Assembly (NCBI GenBank): GCA_030141605.1
Contig: JAQGDQ010000112.1
Span: 186,001-250,000 of the forward strand
From: Tubiluchus corallicola
Lineage: Eukaryota; Animalia; Priapulida
DNA length: 64,000 nt
Direction of reading: 5' to 3'
Shown here: piece after piece, positions 22,201 through 34,803 of the stretch
Layout of the letters: each line of letters starts with the position of its first letter
Numbering within the stretch: position 1 is the first letter of the stretch
Translations under genes and position numbers: made by a program
Notes under the pieces: generated by a model
The model's database searches: none
Told to the model about the DNA's origin: nothing
What the model saw: only the letters and a program-made list of their open reading frames with translations

Positions 22201-25200
22201 CTAAAAAAACTATATTTTGCTGTATGATATCACTTAAAAATGTTCTAAGTTTAAGCTTGCTTAGTTTATTTTAAGTTTATTTTACTTTTCCGTAGCGGGC
22301 TATCCATATCCATATGCTCCAGCATGCTTTACAATAGGTACAATTCTAACATCACATACCACTAAGAAAATAAATTTATATAAACTTAAAAAATGTGCTA
22401 AGTGGAACACATGAAGAAAATAAAAACATTAAAACCAGTGAGTTTTCAATTTAGATTAAAATATCAAAAGTCTTGCATAAAGAAGCTAAAAGATCTCTTA
22501 AGAAGCATGCAAACATTTCTAATGTGCTAATGTGTGAAAAACTCTTTGAATGTACAATGTCATCGATTCTTCAGTTCTTACGCTGCCTTTAGGCAGTGGC
22601 GGCCTCTAGTTAAAATTAGTGGGGATGCTGCTTCCGACAATTTTTACCCATTGTTTTAATACTCTTATACTGTGTAAAATGAAACAAGCATGTGTAATTT
22701 TAATGTTGTAATTTGTAATTGTAATGTTAAACAAACAACATATAAAAATTTGTACATAAATTTTGTAAAATCCTAAAAAAAATTTTGCTCACAAATAGCC
22801 TAAATTGTTGCACTTCAAGAATATGCCCGTACACAATTTTTAAACAGTGATAACAAACTGTGTGAGCAACAGTACTTTCCCTACCTGGCAGCAGACGCTA
22901 GCAGTGCAGCATACAGCATGTTATCTCAGACATATGCGCATGGCTGCATGCGCTCAACAGCCAAACACACCACTGTGCTGGGCTGTGAAGCAAACAGTAC
23001 AGTACTACCCTCATGTGCTCTGGATTGTACAAGTATAAAGAAAGAACTAAAAAAAGACTTATTATATTGAATATTATCAATAATATTGAGTAAAAATAGG
23101 AGGTGCTGCAATTCCACAGTACCTGCGTATGAGCCGTCATTGGCTCTAGGGAACAAACATACATAATGTAAGCAGAAGCCAATAACACAATGTTTAAATA
23201 GCATTCCTCTGAATGTTAAACTCCCCTAATCTGTGCATAAAGTCTCCACGAGCGATGAAACTTCCCATTATGGGACACTGATAGAAATTGCAACGTACCA
23301 AGCTCGACTGCGTACGGGAGAGGATTCGTTAACTTCTGATAAAAGATTCGAAGAATGTTGACATAAACCGTCTTCCTCTCCCCTCTTTCTTTGCTCACTG
23401 TTCGTTCAATGTCCAACGTGTCGCCATACGAGAGATGAAGTTTACTCTTCATCGTATGCATGTTGATGATTTTGCCTGCAAAAAACAAAACTGGTAAACG
23501 AAATCAATTTCTCGTACCTTTTGGACTCACAATATTGCATGGATTCAACCAATAAGAACTGCGAACTTTGCCAAAAGTAAAAGAAATAGAGAGAATAAAA
23601 TGGTCGTAAGACTAAGAAAGATGAAAAGTTTGCCTTCAAGTGCATGTCGCAAAAACGTGGCTGTTATGTCCCTGCCCCAAATATTAGGTCGCTGCTTTTC
23701 CACTTAAATATTGTTTTAGTGTGGGGATGACATGCATTCATTTCCACACAGCAGCCAGGATACCGGATGTAGAACAATCTAAGACACTGATTTTATAAAT
23801 ACAGGGACATAAACTTAAGGCCTGTTTACCCCTGCATCTAGCAGACGGTACTTTACTATTCCGACTCATAAAATGTAAGATGAAATAGGAATATGAATTA
23901 GGGTGCATACAAAATTTAATAACAATCATAGAAACTGGCTTGCATAACAAAGTTACAATATACTACACAGTTTTACACAATACTAAGGGAGTTAGTAGGG
24001 GAGCTCACTCGTTGCTCACATAGAAATACGAGCTAGCTAGCTAGGTGCAGTCATTGAAATGCCGATTACAACTCCTACTGCACACAATAGAGCTTCTTGC
24101 GTTATTAATAGTAGTTCCAGAGGTCTACCAATCTAATTAACAGGAACGTAATACTAGTGATCGTTCAGAGTGCTCGAGGGTGTGTTTACAGTGCAGATGT
24201 TACTGTCATAACTTCATTACAATAGTCCACTCACCACCTGGTCAAGCTGCAGAACTGAACCGCTGGACCACAGATTGTCCATAGAAGGACATTGCTTTCT
24301 AGTGGCTTTTTAGTAAGCATAGAGACGATGGCACTGATGTTATGACAAAAATGTATTTTTATGCATCTTATGCAACTACCTGTCCAGGCCACATGCAAAA
24401 AGAGAGAGAGAAAAATCTTTCCCAACACAGGTAAGGTCACTGCCGACATTACGCATGCATCAGGTATTGGAGCCCAAGATTTTGGCAGGTGGGCAGGCAA
24501 CTTCTCTTTTGCACAGGGGTGTTTTAATAGGCCTTTAACACCTAAATAGCAACAATTATCTGTAATAACTTTGTGCAACATAACAGTGGCACATGCAAGA
24601 AGCATTGTGCCTAGTGAGTACTGCAAATAAGTAAGTATTGTAAGTATTATGCGTACAGAGAAGGAGAAACTCAGCAGTATCAATGCTCAGAACAGCTGTA
24701 GGTGACTTTGCAAACACACATGACATATGAGCATTTCATTCCTTATAGCATTTACTCATTGTTTGTTATTATTATCGTTTATTTTTCAAAACTTAAACTG
24801 TAAATACCCGAAATAAAGTACACTGTTGCAACAAGTCATTATGGTTATACGGGCAGCTGATGGTCCCTTGCTGCCACTTCTCTGTTGAATAATTTTTTAA
24901 TATAATAACACAAAAATTGCTATATTTTGTGGGAGGAAAATAAAATTAACTGAATTGATGTCCACTTGGATTTCAGAAATATACATATATAATATACAGG
25001 ACATATATAATAACCATAACCTAATGTAAGTGTGACCAAAATTTAAAAAATTTTTAGGCCTTAGTTTATTCTCGCTATCCAACATTGATTTCCAGGACAT
25101 TATAATAATATTAATATTAACATTCTACATAGTTTTGTTTATTGCTCCTCAGATAGTAATAGGCTAATACACATAACTTACATGTACAATCTATAACACA

Positions 25201-28200
25201 TAAGAATTGAGGGTGAGGACAATGCCTGGAAAAGCCGCAAAATCTCTTAAACTCAAAGACAATGGGTGTTCCAACTAGCATGCAGCACTGGAGGGTTAAA
25301 AAAGAACTTTGAAAAACGTCCTTCCCATTTCGCCTAGTGGACCTCTCTCTCAACGATACCTTCAAGTCTTGTAGACCGTTTCGTCCTCTTTCTGCAAGTG
25401 TGTTTATTTTTCCCAACTTGCCCAAATAGCAGTACAAGTTGAGTGTTTCTAGAGACTGTTTGTGCAGTTTTTCACAAAATTCGGGCATATGGGTCCGAGA
25501 AAATACCCATTACCTGAAACCGTGGCAGAAAGAATGAAGAAATGGTGGAAGGAAAAAAAGCAAAAAAAGCAAAAAAGAACGAACGAAAAAAGATAAAAAA
25601 GAAAGAAAGAAGGAGAAAAGAAAGATAGAATAAAGTCCAATTATATTATGGATATTATTATTACCATAGTCTTTACTTCTGTTATAACTTAGACCTAGCA
25701 GAGAATGAAATTATACAAGGAATGCAAGAGAACAGGCTTCATGTTACATGCCTTTCTAAAGAATTGCAAAAAAGAGAACAATAACACTTTCAGCTCCACA
25801 GCATCCTACATAAACCTGAGAAATGTTAGTGGAATCAGATCTGGGACCAGTTTCAATGATTCAAAAGTAAATTATTTGTATGTGCACACCGAAATAAACA
25901 TGTTATAGAACCCCCATTACATGAAAAGTACTATGCTATACTCTAAACACAGGGGCAGATAATGTTATTACTTAGACAACATTTGAGATTTTGTGACTAT
26001 ATGCGCAATGAAACTTTTTTACCGGTGGAAACACATTTTTTGAGGAGTTCCAGTATACTATTTATCTTAGAAGCGCCTTATTTTTTTAATTTGACTTTAG
26101 AGTGATTGGCATGGCCACAATTTTTGATATACAGTTAATTCCTCGCTTAATGACGCTAATGTGTTCCAACAAAATGAAATGTTAAGCAAAACATTGTTAA
26201 ATGAAGCCAAGACCTCCATAAAAGTAAAGTAAAAGAATCGAAATGCATCCCAGAGAGAAAAATCGATACTGCTTAACTCAAATAAGTTAAACAGTCTATA
26301 TTTCTTATTCATTTTATTCATATTTCTACTGAATAATGTCTTCCTGCTTGCCTGAAACCACCTCTATATTTTTCTTGCCCATACCTAGCAATAGCAGTTT
26401 CTCTTTCATTAATCCTAGCGAGTCAATAAAAAATAAACACTACAGAGTCAAAACCAAGCTCTGGGGTGATCTTGTGAATTTTGCCTATATACTTAGTCTA
26501 GCTGTTATAGCAACTGGTTGCAGGTAAAATTCCTTGCAAAGTTTGCTCGCTGGTCACTTGATAGTTGAAACAAACCGCTAGTAATACAGTAGTAGCGTCA
26601 GTAGTCAGTCGGGAAGCAAAAATATGTATAATAATTAATACTGTTTATATTACTAGTGCATTTTTAGAACAGAATAATGCAATATCTGCTGTTTTAATGC
26701 ATCAAATTAGGCAAAAATTTTGTTGATCAAATAAAAATTTGCTTTGAGCAAAGTAAAAATCATTGTGAAAATGAAACATGCGTCGTTAAGTAAAAAAGGT
26801 GTCAAATCATCAGCATCATTACAACGAAACATCGCTAAAAGGGCAGTCGTTAAGCAAGGACTTACAGTATTCAAGAATTCTGCAACAAATTTTGGAAATG
26901 CTGCTTTACAAAACCTGTGTTTTAGTAATCCAGATTCTTTGGGCATATTTGCAGGTTTTTACTAGAATAATCACAATACACCTTAGTATTTTTTCAGCCC
27001 ACTTTCTCTGCAGTACATAAACGTCAAATAAATTCTTTAATAATATGTTTGAAATGCAACCATACTGTAGCTGAATTACTAAACAACATAACTGCATTCT
27101 TCAAAATGCAAATGCAAATCAGTGACAGAAACACAGCATGTTATACCTGGAAAAGGAGAATGCCGATAGCGTTGATTAACTTTTCGCAATGCTGAATCCA
27201 AAGGCTCATCTTCTGAACCGGTAAACCTTGTTGTTGGTACCACGCTCATGTATCCAATTTGCGGTGCAGGTTTACCTTCGTTATGCCCGGTAGGACTAAA
27301 CCACAACCTAAACATACAACAAACCAGATTAATTAATTAATTTGTTAATACTAATAGTTAATAGTTACTTAGTACTAGACTACAGAATATGGCAACAAAA
27401 AACGATATTTTCCATTCCATAAACAAAAAAACAGACACTTTCAATTGCATATGTTTTTTCACATACATTTGTAAACAATAAAAACAGTATAAAGCTTCCT
27501 TTTGTAACTACAAGCTGCTGTACCATCATATCAATGCATTGTCATTCTCTCCCAATAATTTGTTTATTTATTGTTATTTATGTACAATAAGTGTACATTG
27601 CAATGTGTACGAAAGTGTTATGTTTGAATCCTGTAGATGGCTCTTGCAAACAAAGATCTGGGTTTGGCAATAGAAAAAACTGCAAGCAAAATGACAGCTT
27701 CTACGAGCTACTATCGGAGTATGAAAATATGGGTTTTTAACAAACACCTTACTAGTTTTTTAAGCAGAGAAGTGGGAAAGTGAAATTTTTAGTATTTTCA
27801 AAACAATTTCCTAACGATTTGGCACAGCAACATAAAAGTCCAATATATTTACAGCTTGGTTTTGTAAAAAATAAAAAATTGATATTTAAGCCAATTCTTG
27901 ATGCATTGTACTTTGAAGCATCATAACGCAGTTTTACCTATGCCGACTTGTAGATGGTGTTGGTTTGCAAGCACACAGTAGTAAAATTACATATCATGCT
28001 ATGTTTAGTATTTAGTATTTTTCTAGTTTACTTGTCACAGTTTTGATTTTTTTATACATTTTTTACACTGCATTTTTATTTAGGTGATTATTGCTACACG
28101 AACATGACATTAACTTTGTCCAAAACGTTGCAGAATGAATGAATGTTGTGAATGAATAAAAGTCACATCTTTGCTTAAGCTGGTGCTGGCTGTCATTTTT

Positions 28201-31200
28201 ATTTTACGAATTCGTTTTCATGGACGGTACCAATCAGGACAGTATTTTCATGGAAGCTTAACACAAATTTTGACCCAAAGTATTGCTAGATGGTTCAGCT
28301 GTAACAATATTTCTGATTGTTACGACAAATAACCAGAATTAATGCTTTACCTGACTCCATAAGCAATGTAAGTTCTTTCATCATGTGATTCCTTAAACGA
28401 TGAACGTTCTACATCAACGACTCCGCCGCTTCGCACCTACAAACATGAAACATTCAAATTAGCACCTGAAAGGTATTTAATAAACGTGCTTTAATGATAT
28501 TTTTTGACTTGGTATACTGAAAGATATTAGATTACAAAAATAGCAATATACGCAAGCATGAGTATGTATTGTTAGAACTATCGACCAATTAAATCTTAAG
28601 CAAAATTTGTTGCTTACGGTAAAACATGCTACACCAAGCTATAGAGTTCCAGCTCCCAAAATGTGGAATAATTGTTCCCCCATTGAATGCAATGGTCAAT
28701 AGAGGAACAAAAGTCCACACTTCGCCAAACATTAACTTTGTCACTTGTCAAATTCCCAGTGTATCTCAGGTTATTGAGTATTCAGACTATATTAACGCAC
28801 GACGTTCCAATTTTATTTACATTTCCCATTAAATCAAATAGATGATGGCTAACACGTCCAAGCAAATAAACTTTACATAACTAATTTGCCAGCTAAGAGG
28901 AGCATGCTATTGAAGTTTTACTTGAATTGAGTATGCCTGTCATTCAAGAATGCCCCAGCTGAGCAGCCCGATAAAAATACCAGGACTTATAAGCAGCTCA
29001 TCTAAGCTGTTCATCTAAGAATGGCCATAGTTAAGCACTTGAAAAATAACAGAAAAACAAGTACTGCGAACAAACTGTCAGAATTAGGAACCATTGAAAA
29101 CAAATCTTGAGTGTCTGGTACAGAAGTAACAATAAAAAATGCTTAATGTAGCAAATAAACTACAGTTAAGCAAAGGGCTGTAGCGCCAATTCAGTATCAG
29201 ACCCAAATGTAAAAAGTGTGAGCAAGTTAAATTAAACAATAATAGTTCTTAATTTTCAGATATATTCTGAATGAAATGCAGCACCTACCATTACCTATGT
29301 ACATTTATAGGCTACATTTGTGTTGGCATAATTACGAATGCATAGAGTGCTAAGAGTGAAAGAAAAATATGTATAAACATGAAAGCCGTATACCCAGTGT
29401 AAGCAAAAATAGTTTGAACTAATTTGAAATGTTCACAGAAATTTTATTAGCCTTAAGCTAGACAAGAAAAAGTTCCTTTTACATGTATTTGATACGCATC
29501 ACACCACACACGGAATTGCAACACAGACACTGTTTATGACCATGCAACAGCACAAATAACCATGCTTACCTTAAACTCGACTAGTTCACATGTTTTTATT
29601 TCTAAATCTTTCTGCAGTAGTAACCAGTTATTTGCCTTATCTACTTGATTCCTGAAAGCAAGTGTAACTGCCAATGTTGAAATGAACATCACATAATTAT
29701 TGCAAAAAATAATGCAACTAATTTGTTATTACAGAACAAGATATAATATGCTAAAGGATCAGTCAATTTAACTCATCAAACTGTTACAGAAATCTAGCGG
29801 AAAGAACCCACAAATGCGAAATTTTGAAGCAAAACTTGATCAATAGAAAAGAAATATGAAAGGTTGAGAATGACCTAAATTTGTATAATTCACCTCTGCA
29901 AGTCCATTCATTGCTAATCAATAATTTTGGAATTAAAATTATAACTAATTAATTGTCAACTGATCATTCCAGGTTGCTACGAGTATCTGTTAAACAAGCT
30001 ATTCACACTGTTAAATTTGTTATTAAATAGTTAGGTTATGACTGCGATTGTCAGAGTATTAATTGCAGTTTGTTTTTAACAGTTTTACCCAATGTGGTTA
30101 ATGAATCGAAGGAAGAGAACAAAATTCCCTGAAAACGACAAAAGCAAAGAAAGTAAAATGCTGAAAAACTGTGCATTAGTCTGGATTTGAACCCGAGACC
30201 TGGGATTAATACTCCTCTCCTCTGCCTGTTCAACATGACTGAGAGCAGGGCTGAGTTTTCCTTCTTGTAGCACACAATCCAACAGCGCCACATGTATTTA
30301 TGGCAGTAGGGTAATACTTATGGTAATAACACTTTTTCAAATTTTATTTTGTTTTTCTTTGTCTGTAGGCACATTTTTGTCTGTCTGCAGTGGTACAGTT
30401 GTGCACCCACAGGCCCTACAGCTTTTTATTGGTGGAGGGAAGGGTAGAACAGCTCCTGGCTATGAAAAACCAAGCCACCAAAGGCATCAAAGTAGTACAT
30501 AGTACATAGGTTTGCCAGACTCTTTTGCCAGCATGAAATCACAATAAAAAAATAAGGCTAGTTGCGGCAGTCTTACAACAGACTTTAAAAACTGCTGAGC
30601 ATCAGTAAGTCAGGAAAATTTTACTTCTAGTGATAGGGGGTCCATTGAATTATTTTCCAGGGGGAAGGCAGAAGTATAGTTGCACTAAAACATGTATAAC
30701 CATATGTTTTGTTTACGTATGATCATCTTTTGCATACGAAAGATTGTCACAATTATGCTAAATTTTTTGACGTGCTTACAGTAAGTGCAAACTATTATCT
30801 CCAGGGGTGAGTTAATGTAAAGGTGTTAGTTAACCAGGTCAAACTACAAAGTATTAATGCTAGTTAAAATAAAAACCAAACATACCCTCAATTTTTATAG
30901 ATTATAGTTTTGCTAGCTTGTATGCACAGTCCTAAACATACATGCACAATACTCACTGTATTGTCTCATTGGCACTGAGATTAAATTTGGCCACATTCAG
31001 AGGCACAAAGTCAACAAAGAATACGCCTCTGTCAAGATCCGGCAAAGGAGCATTCCACTGAAATGCAGATGATCCCCCACTTTCAAACGACGGAGCAAAA
31101 CCTGCACTGAGCGTAGCACAAGGAGGTGCTGTTGGTGCAGTGGAGGTACCCGTATCACCTACAGCACCAGGCATTTTAATGGCTTCGAAATAACTTGGTG

Positions 31201-31228
31201 GCAAGTCATCAGCACGGTTGCTAGCCAT
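16214..31228 (-). CDS. Uncharacterised ~453-aa four-repeat protein with an N-terminal PPxY motif and a C-terminal CaaX box (CCIL)
   Basis: Nine phase-compatible exons: 31228-30957, 29651-29570, 28436-28351, 27307-27147, 23475-23299, 21738-21689 (GC donor), 20528-20432, 18569-18351, 16431-16214. They total 1362 nt with no internal stop. Internal repeats follow the pattern (F/V)xP..E.....(A/V)NxW....(E/T)V.....LR(L/I/V)(W/F/Y)(F/Y). An acceptor just before the ATG (~31233) implies a non-coding first exon. Confidence 0.85.
17635..18289. mobile_element. MITE with ~35-bp terminal inverted repeats, full copy
   Basis: Left GTGTGTTTGCACAGCAAAATCGTCCATAAGTCGGC versus right GCCGACTTATGGACAGTTTTGGTTTGCAAGCACAC; a second partial copy lies at 27620-27980. 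Confidence 0.75.
19061..19364. mobile_element. Foldback element/MITE with ~110-bp inverted arms
   Basis: GTCAATGTCAATACTATAAATCAAGTCAAAAATGGAATAATTGGTACACTGATGATACTA is closely matched by the reverse complement of 19258-19317; the arms extend outward with more mismatches. Confidence 0.75.
19525..19620 (+). mobile_element. CR1-group LINE 3' end fragment
   Basis: Translates STRIIDSWNALPANVVECTSLVSFK, the typical end-of-ORF2 motif. Confidence 0.6.
19650..20267. mobile_element. Tigger/pogo-like terminus (~19650-19790) abutting Kolobok-like MITE copy 3 (~19810-20267)
   Basis: TA-CAGTAAGTCCTTGCTTAA matches the right TIR of the element at 26132-26867; the downstream part matches the Kolobok-like family and ends CGGTTTTCCTTTAA. 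Confidence 0.6.
20698..20975. repeat. Cluster of (AAT)n, (GAT)n and (GT)n microsatellites
   Basis: Seen directly. Confidence 0.85.
21200..21470 (-). mobile_element. L2/Crack-type LINE ORF2 C-terminal fragment
   Basis: RIKYKILFLTFKVLNGLAPSYISDFL...GSHSFRVLAPKLWNDL...FKSFLK. Confidence 0.75.
21850..22150. mobile_element. Palindromic element with two inverted tRNA-like B-boxes
   Basis: GGGTTTGAACCAGGGACCTC near 21921 and GAGGGGTCCCGGGTTCAAATGC near 22069; outer arms TTAAATCTGAAACCAAA and TTTGGTTTCAAATTTAA. Confidence 0.65.
26132..26867. mobile_element. Tigger/pogo-like non-autonomous DNA transposon
   Basis: TA-CAGTTAATTCCTCGCTTAATGAC ... GTCGTTAAGCAAGGACTTACAG-TA; the interior is shared with 52085-52670. 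Confidence 0.7.
27620..27980. mobile_element. Partial copy of the 17635-18289 MITE
   Basis: Shares GTAGATGGCTCTT..CAAAGATCT, GCTTC.ACGAGCTACTATC and the right TIR (GGTTTGCAAGCACAC). Confidence 0.7.
30150..30260 (-). mobile_element. tRNA-derived SINE-like head
   Basis: Reverse strand reads TAATCCCAGGTCTCGGGTTCAAATCCAGAC..CACAGTTTTTCAGCAT; homologous to 44670-44770. Confidence 0.55.
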
Positions 31229-31850
31229 GACCCTAAAAATATTGTAACAGAATTATTTTTTAGTTGTAATCCGTGGTATGCGGTGGTATGATTAACTTGG
31301 CTTTCACTGACTGTGTAGCACTACAGTGGTACTTAGCAATTGAAAAGTTAAGCAATGTCAAGATCCTCAACAGGCAATTTCCTATGGAAAAGGACAACAA
31401 CTGGCACTGGTACATCATCTGCTTTGTCTCTCTATTTCTGATGCAGTATCTATTAACCTAGGTATTTTCTTTCGTGCTAGTATCATATTTAAGAAAGATC
31501 ATTCTATCTGTCTTTTATTTGGTAATTGAGTTGGAATAGTAATATATCTAATTATGTAACATCATTTAGGTGATGTTATGTATCATATATGATATAATTA
31601 ATGTTTAGTTTGGTTTTCTCCAAAATGTCATAAATAATACATTGTTACATAAATTACCGTCAAGATATTAATACTACAAAGTAGAACAAAATTTAAAGTT
31701 TCACCAGATATTGAAATATCGGCACATGCCAAGAAGATAGACTTGAAAAAGCCTGAGCATAAGGCAAAATGGAAAGAAGTAGAATGTGCGAAATAAAATA
31801 AGTGAAGAAAATGAAATAACAATGAGATGGTAAGGGAAATGACAAAGTGA

Positions 31851-32200
31851 ATGAACCTCTATAAATCTAGGGTATGGCCTATCTTAGACTATCCTGACGT
31901 GATTTGGAATCCAACTAGACAGGACATGATTCATAAGCTCGAAAGTATTCAGCATCGAGCAACTAGGATGATACCAGGTATAGCAGAAAGACCATATCCG
32001 GACATTCACTCAAAATCAACAAGAAATCTGTTTCACAATGGGGAAGAAGACAAAATTTCTTTGCAGCTTGTGTTGTAAATACCTGGAACAAGCTTCCTGA
32101 ATATGTAGTGAGTGCTTCTTCAGTTTCTCAATTTAAAGCTCGATTAGATCGACTCTGGGCTAATCATCCGAAGAAATACATTGATCCTAGACTTCCACAA
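31851..32200 (+). mobile_element. CR1-group LINE fragment (end of ORF2, deleted and frameshifted)
   Basis: LYKSRVWPILDYPDVIWNP..LESIQHRATRMIP, then in another frame WNKLPEYVVSASSVSQFKARLD. Confidence 0.8.
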
Positions 32201-33164
32201 TGGGAAGATTTTTGAGGGAACCTGACACTGTTCATCGTACAAAGAAGAATACACTGATACTATCTTCCAGATCGTAATGTTAGAGAGACCACCTAGAGAA
32301 AATTCAAAATAAATAAAGCATCCAGAGAAGATCGGAGGGGTAAAAAGTGGTCATTGGGTTAAGCATATTCATTCTGTAAGCTGTAAGTGTAAGAGATGAT
32401 GAAAATGAAGATTAGATTCGCATAAAAATATACGCCTAAAGAGAAGTAAATCAATCAGCTGAGTGACTGCAAAACTCAGTATGGAGATATGCCAGAGACA
32501 ACAACCTTAGTACTACTACTTCTTTTATGCTTCTTAGTTACAAGTTCTTCCTCTTCTTCATTCTCTTATGTTGTATACTGTTCTACAAAAATGTTGCAAA
32601 AATGCTACCAGTTTAAGTAACGTGTGAGTCCAAACTTCAGGTGTATTTTAAGTAAAATGTTATACTATTTCTATGAGGTTGTGAACGTGCAATATAGGAT
32701 ATCTTCGATATTGTTTTAATTTACATCAGGCAACTGACGCAGCGTACACGTCCTTTAACCACAGTTATAACTCTGGTTATAATTTCTAGTCTAAAATCCA
32801 GCTTCACATTATCTTTTATCGCGCACGAAATTAAAACATATAATCGTCATTATCATTGCTCTAATATAAAGTAATGACTTTTTCAGACTTCCAGCACAGG
32901 CTACAGATAATACAGCAGAAAAATTTAGAACTGGATTAGTAAAAACTTATCCACGTTGAATGTTATAATATGAACAATAAGAAAATTCCTAATATCTAAC
33001 GTAGAAGCAAAGCACATCTTAATAAATAAGCTAGCAGAAGATATTAGACTCGAGTCCCAGAGGAGTGCAAAATTTTTCATTCATCTTGCATTTATATAAT
33101 TGCAAAAACTCCCAATAATTAAGTTGTTATTTATACAGAGCAACAAACGATTACATTGTGTAGT

Positions 33165-33560
33165 ACTTACATGTTTTGAGCTGTAAATTCTATAGCGTTC
33201 GACTACTCACTTTTAGTCTTCAGCCAGTCAGCCATCACTTTAGTCAAAACCTACCCCGGCTCCCACACTTGCTACTATAACCTGGTTACACTGAAAAAAA
33301 TCTAAGATATGCTTTCGCCTTTTTCCATCCAGACTTTCCCAGTAGTAGCAGCTAACATATCCTTTCTATATTTCCCTCTGGATGAGTGATCAACTGGAGA
33401 ATTGTTCTGGTTTTAAATTTTAATAGCCAGTGTGTAGTGTAAATAGATACAAATAAGGTGGTCGGTCATGAGTGTCATCACAGACCAATCAACAGCCAAT
33501 AAATGATGTTACCAATATCTATGCCATCAAAATTTTGCATCTTTACAGACCAATTTTATG
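33165..33560 (-). promoter_or_regulatory. Putative non-coding first exon and CCAAT-box promoter of the repeat-protein gene
   Basis: Minus-strand donors GTAAGT (33170-33165) and GTGAGT (33210-33205); four CCAAT pentamers at 33485, 33496, 33512 and 33550. Confidence 0.4.
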
Positions 33561-34803
33561 GTCTCCTCTTACTCTTAGCCAGAGCCCCTGTTCCTCTCTT
33601 CATACATAAAAAGTTTTTAGCACAACCTTTCCCTCGATAGCAAACCACCCAAATGAGCATTTCTCTTTCAGTTAAGCTTTGCTAAAGAAGCAGTAGGCCT
33701 ACAATTACAATAAAATTTAATGTCAATGCATTCATAAATTTCAAAAACACGTAATGTGACAAAAGGTAAAGAAAATTTGAAATCATTGCTGTGATAGTAG
33801 CTTTATTCTTACATTATAACACTAGTTCAATAATAATTTACAAAATAATAACAATAATACGCAACTGAACTTTGAAATACGTTTGTTTTACCACATTAAT
33901 GGAGTCACACAATATACATTCAACATTCGCAAAAACAAAAATAGCGAAACTGGCAACACCAGTACAACAAATTCGCACGGCACTGTTGTCAGTCATTGCT
34001 AATAAATTATTTTATCATGTAATGATTATTATTTACATACGACACACGAAGCTGGCACATGTGAGCTATAAAGATCTATTGTAACACTATCTTTTCTGGC
34101 TGAAGTACCAACGAACTCACAATAATCCTCGATACAGCAAACTAGAAAAGGAAACATTATTACAACCATCTTTCCTTGCTCAATATAATTTCAGTGCAAT
34201 GAAAAGATTCTCCAATTTATGTCTGTTCAGTTAAATGACACCTCGATTTCTGAAAAACAAGAACAATTTACAAACCTTGTTTGAAAAATCTGAGAATTGG
34301 AATATCCAGCATGCACTATATATAAAATCTTTATTGCATAAGTTATACACATTTATAGGTATGATAAAAGACATAAAAATATTATATGTATAACCAGCCA
34401 AAAACTGTTGTAGACAATAGTGTTAAACTAATTATTTACATATCTTTTCACTAAATTATTTACATATATAGTGCCAGCCAATATATCAATAATAACAATA
34501 TGTTAAATTCCTATAATGCAGGACAATCTTAGAAGCCTTAAAGGTTACCATGATGACTGAAACAAAATTACATGAAACAGCAACAAAATACGATCTATTA
34601 GATTAGAAATACAAGTTTTTTTATACAATGCAGGAAAATCATGACGATGCAAGATGTACCGGAAGAAGTGCCATGCTAGTGTCCTGTTCTTAATACAACA
34701 GCAGCATTACGTGATAACATTAGCTGATTTTGGAAAACACTTATAATGACAACACATACATAATTAATATATAACTACAAAAATTTGCAAAAACTGTAGT
34801 TAA

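Noticed and set aside
24231-25488. 150-aa and 123-aa minus-strand ORFs
   Set aside because: Intronic, no recognisable motifs, and not needed by the gene model.
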